A stretch of DNA of 36,534 nucleotides from an uncultured virus (IMG/VR IMGVR_UViG_3300044646_001664). Taxonomy: Duplodnaviria; Heunggongvirae; Uroviricota; Caudoviricetes. The translations under genes were made by a program, and so were the position numbers. The notes under the pieces were generated by a model that did no database searches, was not told the origin of the DNA, and saw nothing but the letters and a program-made list of their open reading frames with translations. Location of the stretch: the IMG/VR virus record IMGVR_UViG_3300044646_001664, one strand, 5' to 3'. Positions 7,638 to 14,439 of the stretch are shown here, piece by piece. Each line of letters opens with the position of its first letter. The first letter of the stretch is position 1.

Positions 7638-7646
7638 ATTATACCA
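7638..7646 (-). promoter_or_regulatory. Extended -10 promoter of hsp20
   Basis: TGGTATAAT. The predicted TSS near 7631-7632 coincides with the first leader hairpin. Confidence 0.65.
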
Positions 7647-7654
7647 AATTTTAG

Positions 7655-7726
7655 TACCCCCAAGGGGAATTGAACCCCTGTTACCACCGTGAAAGGGTGG
7701 TGTCATAACCACTAGACCATGAGGGC
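7655..7726 (-). tRNA. tRNA-Glu(UUC)
   Basis: GCCCTCA...CCACC-CT-TTC-AC-GGTGG...GGTTCAATTCC...TGGGGGT-A cloverleaf. CCA not encoded. Confidence 0.92.
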
Positions 7727-7730
7727 ATAG

Positions 7731-7801
7731 AGCGGATAGCGGGAATCGGACCCGCACATTAACCTTGGCAAGGTTACGCACTACCACTATGCAATATCCG
7801 C
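7731..7801 (-). tRNA. tRNA-Gly(GCC)
   Basis: GCGGATA...TAACC-TT-GCC-AA-GGTTA...GCGGG-TCCGATT-CCCGC-TATCCGC-T. CCA not encoded. Confidence 0.9.
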
Positions 7802-7802
7802 T

Positions 7803-7878
7803 TGGCTGGGCTGGAAGGATTCGAACCTACGACATATGGATTAACAGTCCACCGTTCTGCCAACTGAACTACAGCCCA
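7803..7878 (-). tRNA. tRNA-Asn(GUU)
   Basis: TGGGCTG...GTGGA-CT-GTT-AA-TCCAT...GGTTCGAATCC...CAGCCCA-G-CCA. Confidence 0.92.
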
Positions 7879-7909
7879 AACCTTTACAACAACTAATTAT
7901 TTGTTTTTA

Positions 7910-8128
7910 TTAATTATTTTTTATTTTAATTACTACTTGGCAAGGGTCTCCACCATCTTCCCATTCTTGGGCTTCTTCATCACTCATATAAGGATCTCCT
8001 TCATGAGTGTTGCAGAATGGTTCTGTTACCCATCCCCGTTCAATTCCATTAGTTAACCAAATCTCAAACTCATCAAGACTTGATGACTCATTTTGTAAAT
8101 CTTTTAATATATCGTCAAAGTTTGCCAT
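7910..8128 (-). CDS. Acidic hypothetical protein
   Basis: 72 aa with FCNTHEG and GGDPC motifs. TATAAT lies 6 nt before the ATG. Confidence 0.7.
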   Translation of the reverse strand: MANFDDILKDLQNESSSLDEFEIWLTNGIERGWVTEPFCNTHEGDPYMSDEEAQEWEDGGDPCQVVIKIKNN

Positions 8129-8143
8129 ATATAAATTATACCC

Positions 8144-8668
8144 TTAAATGTTTACCACGTCAACTGGACCCATGCAAGATGGACTAAATTTTATTGCTGC
8201 ATTTACCGCTCCAACAACTCTTTTGCGAGGATCCTTAGATTTTTCTGTAGCATTTAAATATCCGTAAGCGTATTCTGCACCTGAACCCATTGCTAAATAA
8301 TCTAAATTATATTTAGATAAAGACATATCAATAGCATTGTGTTCATATATTTGACCTTTAACACAAATAATAAGACCTAAATCACCTTCTTTAGTAGTAT
8401 CTACCCACCAGTTATTATAAAAATCTCTAAGTTGTTTAATAAACTTAGTTTGCATAAACTTATCTAAATCTTTTATATCTGGAACATATGGATTAAAATT
8501 ATAACGAATACGTTCACCATCTAGCGCTCCAGCATATCCAATTAAATATGGACCAAGTTTCCAAACTTTTGGAGAGGTTAATGAAAGGATGGTGTTATCG
8601 TCTGAGGCACCACGATCACCAGCCATGTAGATTTTATTTTCATGACGAACTACAGCCAAGACTGTCAT
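8144..8668 (-). CDS. Proteasome-beta/HslV-like Ntn hydrolase
   Basis: After Met removal: Thr1, Asp17 (AGDR), Lys33 (SPKV), plus GYAG and AMGSG motifs. Confidence 0.8.
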   Translation of the reverse strand: MTVLAVVRHENKIYMAGDRGASDDNTILSLTSPKVWKLGPYLIGYAGALDGERIRYNFNPYVPDIKDLDKFMQTKFIKQLRDFYNNWWVDTTKEGDLGLIICVKGQIYEHNAIDMSLSKYNLDYLAMGSGAEYAYGYLNATEKSKDPRKRVVGAVNAAIKFSPSCMGPVDVVNI

Positions 8669-8698
8669 ATAGAAAATCCCCTCAGAGTATACCCTTTA

Positions 8699-8727
8699 AG
8701 TATAGCAAATGATTATTGCTTAGTCAA
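8699..8727 (-). promoter_or_regulatory. Sigma70/SigA-type promoter for the protease gene
   Basis: Intergenic TTGACT-N17-TATACT with an extended TG. Confidence 0.75.
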
Positions 8728-8733
8728 ACACCC

Positions 8734-9309
8734 TTATTTAATGGTTTGACCACATGCTGAGCATGTTTTTGGTTTAGCAGCACCTTTTTTAGCAGTACCC
8801 GCAGGGGCAGAGCCAAACTTAGGTCTACCAAACCCTACAATAGAAACCATAATTCCTTTTTTATTTTTCTTAAAGGCACGAAGTTTTTTACAAACCTCTC
8901 CACCATTGCGTTGGCTACCTTTAGGATCTCCAGAAGTGTTACCTTCAACACACCAGACTGTTCCATCCCCATTGTCTGCTACTACTATTGCTACGTGGCT
9001 AATTCTGTCTACCCCGTCAGATGGAAAATCAAAGTATGCAATGTCTCCTGGTTCTGGATCTGCTAAATCTCCGTCAATCCAAGATCCTGCTTTTTTAAAT
9101 GCTTGTGCTCCACCTGGAGTATAAACAGTATTTGGAATTTTTACTCCTGCTTCATTAGCACACCAGTTTACAAACGAACCACACCATGGCTGAAAGTCTG
9201 CTTTAGTAAATTTACCATACTTGGTTTCGTTATCTTTAGGACCTTCAACAGTTCCTACTTCTGCAGTAGCAACTTCAATAAGACGGGCTGCTGTACCTTG
9301 TTCCGCCAT
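8734..9309 (-). CDS. CHAP-domain endolysin/amidase
   Basis: NETKYG, PWCGSFVNWC (catalytic Cys), SHVAIV (His), EGNTS and IVGFGRP. Confidence 0.85.
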   Translation of the reverse strand: MAEQGTAARLIEVATAEVGTVEGPKDNETKYGKFTKADFQPWCGSFVNWCANEAGVKIPNTVYTPGGAQAFKKAGSWIDGDLADPEPGDIAYFDFPSDGVDRISHVAIVVADNGDGTVWCVEGNTSGDPKGSQRNGGEVCKKLRAFKKNKKGIMVSIVGFGRPKFGSAPAGTAKKGAAKPKTCSACGQTIK

Positions 9310-9311
9310 TA

Positions 9312-9719
9312 TTATTTATCCCAATTTGCATCAACAGGTTGTTCTTCTGGCATTGCTCCGTCAGGCTTGTTTAATCTACGTGCTCTAGCATCATCAATTT
9401 CTGATTCAAGTTTTTTATCTGCCATTGTATTTTTGGCATCAACCTCTTTGTTTGCAATCTGTGCTGCCATAACATCTTTAGCGCCAGATGATCCTATAAG
9501 AAGACCAGCAAGTGTTCCTGTAATAAATGTTGCTACGCTACCAAGAACATTAAAAAACATTTTATCGTTTTCTGATTGTCCTGTAATTGGCTGGGTAACA
9601 AATATTAATGCATATAAAATTCCTAATGATGTACACAATAAAATTGTTCCAAGTGTGATTCCTAATATAAACTTTAATCTTGCATCTAAATCTTGAGGCG
9701 ATAATCTTTCTTTAGCCAT
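9312..9719 (-). CDS. Two-TM membrane protein, holin candidate
   Basis: Two hydrophobic helices and a charged C-terminus. Immediately upstream of the endolysin. Confidence 0.6.
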   Translation of the reverse strand: MAKERLSPQDLDARLKFILGITLGTILLCTSLGILYALIFVTQPITGQSENDKMFFNVLGSVATFITGTLAGLLIGSSGAKDVMAAQIANKEVDAKNTMADKKLESEIDDARARRLNKPDGAMPEEQPVDANWDK

Positions 9720-9918
9720 TTACTGTTTCCTCCACTTTTAGTTGTTCTACTAAGTCTTCTGGACATGCTCCATCAGCCGTACAAATTGGTGGTTTGCATT
9801 CTGCTGATTCCCAGTTTACTGGGTTTTGGCATGGATATCTATAGTGACCATCATATCCACAACCAGACAATCCTAGTGTTAGGATGCTTGATAGTAGGAG
9901 TATGCTTAGTTTTGACAT
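9712..9918 (-). CDS. Small Cys-rich lipoprotein
   Basis: Signal peptide with an LSGC lipobox. Four further Cys (RYPCQ..ECKPPIC...ACP). Confidence 0.75.
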   Translation of the reverse strand: MSKLSILLLSSILTLGLSGCGYDGHYRYPCQNPVNWESAECKPPICTADGACPEDLVEQLKVEETVNG

Positions 9919-9936
9919 ACTCCCATTATACCAAAC

Positions 9937-10113
9937 TTATTCGTCTTCTTTACGGATTCCTATGGTTGCAAACCATATGGCTACCGATGCTAGGGTTACA
10001 TACCCTACTACCGTCTTTGCGCTGCCCTCTAAAACCACCCATGCTACAAAGAAGCCCAGGAATGTAAAGTTTTCATTTAGGGCTGCCATACCCCATTGTT
10101 TTAACTTTTTCAT
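9937..10113 (-). CDS. Small two-TM membrane protein
   Basis: MKKLKQWG..NFTFLGFFVAWVVLEGSAK..VAIWFATIGIRK. AAGGAG SD lies inside the 3' end of the upstream gene. Confidence 0.7.
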   Translation of the reverse strand: MKKLKQWGMAALNENFTFLGFFVAWVVLEGSAKTVVGYVTLASVAIWFATIGIRKEDE

Positions 10114-10114
10114 T

Positions 10115-12721
10115 TTATCTCCTTCTTCTAGGTGCAGTAGCAACAATTAATTGACCAGCAATAATTGTTACAACTACAATATCTTCTGCTTTTTCACGTT
10201 CTGGTATAGACATGTCAGCACCCATGCTGAGTAAGGCTTTACCCAACTCACATTTTTGCTCTTCTGTCAAACCTTCAATTGCTTCATCTGGATTAAAACA
10301 AGTAGCAACCGCATCTAATAATGCTGCTGGACTTTCTAATACAAGCAATGCTGAAGCCACCTCTGCAGTAATAACCACAGGGTTACCGCTAGCATCTTCT
10401 CTTACTTCTACTGGAATTAATGGTGGAAGGTCACGATATTCAAGTCCCGCCGATTCTATGTTTGCAGCAGTTACGGGTGTTCCTTCTGCTGATGTTACCA
10501 ATACATCTGCAACTAGATCCTTTTCTGCTAAAGTAAATTTACCGTCTTCAGATAAGGCTTCAGATAAATTAACAACTTCTGCAGTTGTTATTTCTCCATC
10601 TGCAGATAACATTTCTGTAATAAAATCTGCTTCTGATTCTGTTAGTCCGCCTTCTGATAATACAGATGAAACTTCTGCAGCAATTTCTTCAGATACCTCT
10701 CCGCCCTGAGCAATTGCTTCCAATACTTCTGAAACTTCAGATGCATCTAAACCACTATCTGCAACTAAATCACTAACTATGTCTTGTATTTGTTCTACAG
10801 ATAAGGTATCATTATCTTGTGCTATTTCTTCAAAAGAATCCTGATTTTCTTCAAGAATACTTTCTAGTTCATCGTTGGATGAAGATTCATCAGATTCAGG
10901 TGTATCCGTTTCGGGAAATTCAGTTTCTTCAGAAGGCACTTCTTCAACAGGGACTTCTTCCACAGGAGTTTCCTCTACAAGAGTCTCTTCTGTTTCTGTA
11001 CTCTCCTCTTCAGTTAGAGTGGTCTCGTCTGGTAAAGTTTGTTCAGGCGCATAAATAAAAGATGGTTGTGAGGGAGCCTCAATAATTTCTTCTTCTGGTG
11101 CGGGTATAGAAATAACAACTTCTGTATATTCACTTACAGGTCCAGACCAGTTAGCAATTCTAACAGTATAGGTAGAGCCTTCTGTCAAACCAGTTAGTTC
11201 TATAGATTCTGGAGCGCCGTCTGTATTATAAGTGCCACCCTCATATGGATTTTCTGCATCTGGATCATTCGTTATTACTTGATAAAACCAAGTATTGGCT
11301 GTGTATCCTTCTGGCAATTCAGGCGTAATAACAACTGTCGTTCCTTCAATTACTGGTTCTGATAACACTGGGGCTGGAGTAGGAATATGACTATTAATTG
11401 CTGTAATTAACTCTTGAGCATTTGTATTTAATTGTGTTTGTAAGTTTGTCTTACTAGATACCGCTGAGTTTACGACATTAGTTAAAGATGTTGTATTAAT
11501 AGCATTTATTGCTGATGTGTTTGTAGTATTTTGAGCAACTACTGGAGTAAGGCTTGAGTTTAACTGTGCAATAGTTGCATTTGCTGCATCAACTGCTGCT
11601 TGAACTGTTTCTGTGTTTGGATCTACATACGGAGTAAATGCTGCACCTTGACTTATTTGTCCAGCAAAACCTGTTCCAACATTAGTATCTGTAATTGGAA
11701 TAAGTGCGCCATTGGCTGTTTCTCTAACATTAAATCTTGCTTGATCTGGTATTGGTCCTGTTGCAGTAACATCTGCTATCCATGCACCATCGTTTGGATT
11801 TACATCAGCATTAAATCTTATTTGAACCATCTGTGTAGAAGCGTCTTGTTGTGGAAATGGGCGAAGGTCCCAAGCAATATCTAAACTTGTTCCAGTAGTT
11901 GCATATGTAATTCCTGTTCCTGTACTCCAAGTTGTCCAGTCCCATCCTGCTATAGATACTGATGGTGCGTCTGGAGTTTGATAATAAACCCATCCTTCAT
12001 TTACGCCAAATGTAATTGTTGCATTTGATCCTACATAAACATTGTTATAGAGAGTCCCACCCATTAATAAATTAAACGGTAGATTCATAAGAACACCAGC
12101 ATCATCTACTCCAGCCAAAACATTTGTGCTAGTTCCAATCGTGGCTTGCAAATCATTTACTGCTGTCTGAGCATTATCAATTGCAATGTTGGCTTGAGTT
12201 AACTCGGTTTGTGCTGTGGCCTGTGCGGTTGTTGCTGTTGTTTTTGCTTCAACTGCTTCAGATATTTGTACTTGTGCAGTTGATGTGTCAATATTATTTA
12301 TAGAGGTTTGTGCTGTTGTAATTGTATTTTTTGCATCTATAACTATTTGAGAACTTTGATCTATTGGTGTAACAGATAAATCTACAGAACTAATTGTGGC
12401 TGTTGCTGTGTCTACTAAGGCTACGTCTAATTGTGCTACTGCTACTGTGGCTGTCACTGTATCTACCGCTGCCTGAGCCTCTACCCTTTCAGCAACTGCT
12501 ACTGTTATGGTGGCGGTGGCAGTGTCCGTGGCTGTAATAGCCTGTTGAACCTCTGTAGTGGCTGTTGCAAGGGCTGTATTAACTGCTTGTTGAGCAGGGC
12601 TTACAACAACTTGTTCTTGATTTTCTGTAGCATGAGCACGATCAGGAGCCATTATCCCAAAAATTGTTAAACACAACCCTACCCCAAAGGCTAATACTAG
12701 TCTTCGTTTAAGGTTAGTCAA
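10115..12721 (-). CDS. Large secreted acidic surface protein (868 aa)
   Basis: Signal peptide ending AHA; Ala/Thr/Gln coiled coils; beta-rich domain (LPFNLLMGGTLYNNVYVGSNATITFG); FN3-like LTGLTEGSTYTVRI; Glu/Pro linker; hydrophobic C-terminus plus RRRR. Confidence 0.75.
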   Translation of the reverse strand: MTNLKRRLVLAFGVGLCLTIFGIMAPDRAHATENQEQVVVSPAQQAVNTALATATTEVQQAITATDTATATITVAVAERVEAQAAVDTVTATVAVAQLDVALVDTATATISSVDLSVTPIDQSSQIVIDAKNTITTAQTSINNIDTSTAQVQISEAVEAKTTATTAQATAQTELTQANIAIDNAQTAVNDLQATIGTSTNVLAGVDDAGVLMNLPFNLLMGGTLYNNVYVGSNATITFGVNEGWVYYQTPDAPSVSIAGWDWTTWSTGTGITYATTGTSLDIAWDLRPFPQQDASTQMVQIRFNADVNPNDGAWIADVTATGPIPDQARFNVRETANGALIPITDTNVGTGFAGQISQGAAFTPYVDPNTETVQAAVDAANATIAQLNSSLTPVVAQNTTNTSAINAINTTSLTNVVNSAVSSKTNLQTQLNTNAQELITAINSHIPTPAPVLSEPVIEGTTVVITPELPEGYTANTWFYQVITNDPDAENPYEGGTYNTDGAPESIELTGLTEGSTYTVRIANWSGPVSEYTEVVISIPAPEEEIIEAPSQPSFIYAPEQTLPDETTLTEEESTETEETLVEETPVEEVPVEEVPSEETEFPETDTPESDESSSNDELESILEENQDSFEEIAQDNDTLSVEQIQDIVSDLVADSGLDASEVSEVLEAIAQGGEVSEEIAAEVSSVLSEGGLTESEADFITEMLSADGEITTAEVVNLSEALSEDGKFTLAEKDLVADVLVTSAEGTPVTAANIESAGLEYRDLPPLIPVEVREDASGNPVVITAEVASALLVLESPAALLDAVATCFNPDEAIEGLTEEQKCELGKALLSMGADMSIPEREKAEDIVVVTIIAGQLIVATAPRRRR

Positions 12722-12755
12722 TTATAAGGCTCTCCAATGTGTAATTATATTAGTA

Positions 12756-12764
12756 ATTATACCA
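12756..12764 (-). promoter_or_regulatory. Extended -10 promoter for the 868-aa gene
   Basis: TGGTATAAT directly after the terminator and about 35 nt before the TTG start. Confidence 0.6.
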
Positions 12765-12776
12765 TTTTTATGCAAT

Positions 12777-12813
12777 AAAAAAGAGGGTAGAAATTAATCT
12801 ACCCTCAATTTTT
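12777..12813. terminator. Intrinsic terminator, probably bidirectional
   Basis: Perfect 9-bp stem GAGGGTAGA/TCTACCCTC flanked by A- and T-tracts. Confidence 0.85.
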
Positions 12814-12824
12814 ATAAGGAGTTG

Positions 12825-14423
12825 TTAAGCCTTAACCTTTTTCTGAATCTTTAATACAAGATTAGTCAAGGTTGTGATTAATGTCTTAAGTTGTGCAACG
12901 GTTACAGTTAATGCAGCCACAGCAGCAAGTGCTTGTGATGCTGAATCAGTTACTGTTGCAGATGCTGACACCTTTACTTGACCTGCTGTTGGTAAATCAG
13001 TTCCACCAGTTGCGCTTATAGTAACTGCTCCTGCAGATAATGGCATATAAACTTTGTAAGTTTTTACACCATTTGCGTCAGTTGTAATAGATGTTGCAGT
13101 AATGGTATCGCTTGATCCACCAAAGGAATAACTTGTAGTAATTCCTGTAGAAGCAAGTAGGCTAGCATATGTCTTTCCAGACAATACTGCACCTGTTGCA
13201 TCAACTGGTGAAAGAGTAATTGTGGCTTGCTCTCCTGCTACATAGTTTGCTTTATCAAAAGCCAACTTAATAGAAGCAACGGCAGCCTCTACACGCACAG
13301 TAACTGTGTCTGCAGAAATTGTTCCACTCTTTACTACTAAACCTACTGAACCAGTCTTAACACCAGCCAAAGAGAACAACGCTTCACCATTAGAAATGGA
13401 AGCAGTTGTTGCTGAGTTGCTGATTACTGTAAGATCATTTGAAGTAACTGTTAGTGTTCCTGCTCCTACAACTACGCCAGCAGCATCATATGCTACGGCA
13501 GAAATTGCGTCTGCGTTAGAACCTACAGCAATTGCTGGCTTCTTTACAGTTGTAACAACTTTGGCAATGTCACCATAAAATGTTACTTTCTCTGTTGCTA
13601 ACAATGCTCCAGATTGTGAAGTAAGAGTAATTGTTCCTACGCCAGATGTTCCATCAGAGAATACTCCAATGTAGTTTCCTGCAGGTACAACTAATGATCT
13701 ACCAAGACCGTTAATTGTTGTATGGTTTGTACCATACCCCAACATACCCGCTCCTGAAATTGTTGCTGTAACAGATTCTGAAGCAGAAGCATTAACAGCA
13801 TTCTTTTGAGTTAAAACAATAACTGCTGCTGCATCAGATGAGACTGTCTTTGAAGCATATACAGTAGCATCTGTTGTTGCTGAAATTGTTTCTCCAGTAT
13901 TAATAAAAGATGTTGTATAAGCAGTTGATGCCTTAAGGTCTGGAGCGGTAACAGTAACTGTCCATGTAATGGCAGCAGATGTAACTGAACCAGATGCGCT
14001 AGTCAATGTAGGAATAAATCTAACTACATATGATCCAGCGACGGTAGGCACATAAAATGATGATGTCAACTTTGCAGTAACATAACCAGAAGTATTAGTT
14101 GCTGGAGATACTGCTGCTGTTTTTGTGTCTGCTGATAGTGCCACTGTTGCGCTAGATGTTTCTGTAACGGCAAACTGTGGAACGCTAGCAGTAGATGGGG
14201 CAGATAGTACTGCAGATATTACCGAAACGGTATCTCCAATACTTGTTCCCAAAAATGATACTGATACTACTGCTGTTGCAGTCTCACCAGGATTAATTGT
14301 ATCTGCTACGGCATCAATGGTGACGACGTCAGCATATACTGTAGCCTGTGTCGGAAGTGCCGACATCACGCCAAGTGTCAAGGCTGCAGCCAAGACTGTG
14401 GCAAGTTTTTTAAATGAATTCAT
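12825..14423 (-). CDS. Secreted Ala/Thr/Ser/Val-rich Ig-like surface (S-layer-like) protein (532 aa)
   Basis: MNSFKKLATVLAAALTLG signal peptide; beta-strand-rich Ig-like repeats (FDKANYVAGEQATITL); C-terminal coiled coil LKTLITTLTNLVLKIQKKVKA; AAGGAG SD. Confidence 0.75.
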   Translation of the reverse strand: MNSFKKLATVLAAALTLGVMSALPTQATVYADVVTIDAVADTINPGETATAVVSVSFLGTSIGDTVSVISAVLSAPSTASVPQFAVTETSSATVALSADTKTAAVSPATNTSGYVTAKLTSSFYVPTVAGSYVVRFIPTLTSASGSVTSAAITWTVTVTAPDLKASTAYTTSFINTGETISATTDATVYASKTVSSDAAAVIVLTQKNAVNASASESVTATISGAGMLGYGTNHTTINGLGRSLVVPAGNYIGVFSDGTSGVGTITLTSQSGALLATEKVTFYGDIAKVVTTVKKPAIAVGSNADAISAVAYDAAGVVVGAGTLTVTSNDLTVISNSATTASISNGEALFSLAGVKTGSVGLVVKSGTISADTVTVRVEAAVASIKLAFDKANYVAGEQATITLSPVDATGAVLSGKTYASLLASTGITTSYSFGGSSDTITATSITTDANGVKTYKVYMPLSAGAVTISATGGTDLPTAGQVKVSASATVTDSASQALAAVAALTVTVAQLKTLITTLTNLVLKIQKKVKA

Positions 14424-14439
14424 TATTCTCCTTGTTAGT

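Noticed and set aside
7602..7787. 61-aa minus-strand ORF
   Set aside because: It runs through tRNA-Gly, tRNA-Glu and the hsp20 leader, so it is a by-product of RNA genes.
7655..7878. tRNAs as a prophage attachment site or host boundary
   Set aside because: Phage-type genes continue on both sides, and no integrase or duplicated tRNA 3' end was seen.
10920..11030. Repeat-like Glu/Thr/Pro stretch (VEETPVEEVPVEEVP)
   Set aside because: This is a degenerate low-complexity protein linker, not a DNA repeat array.
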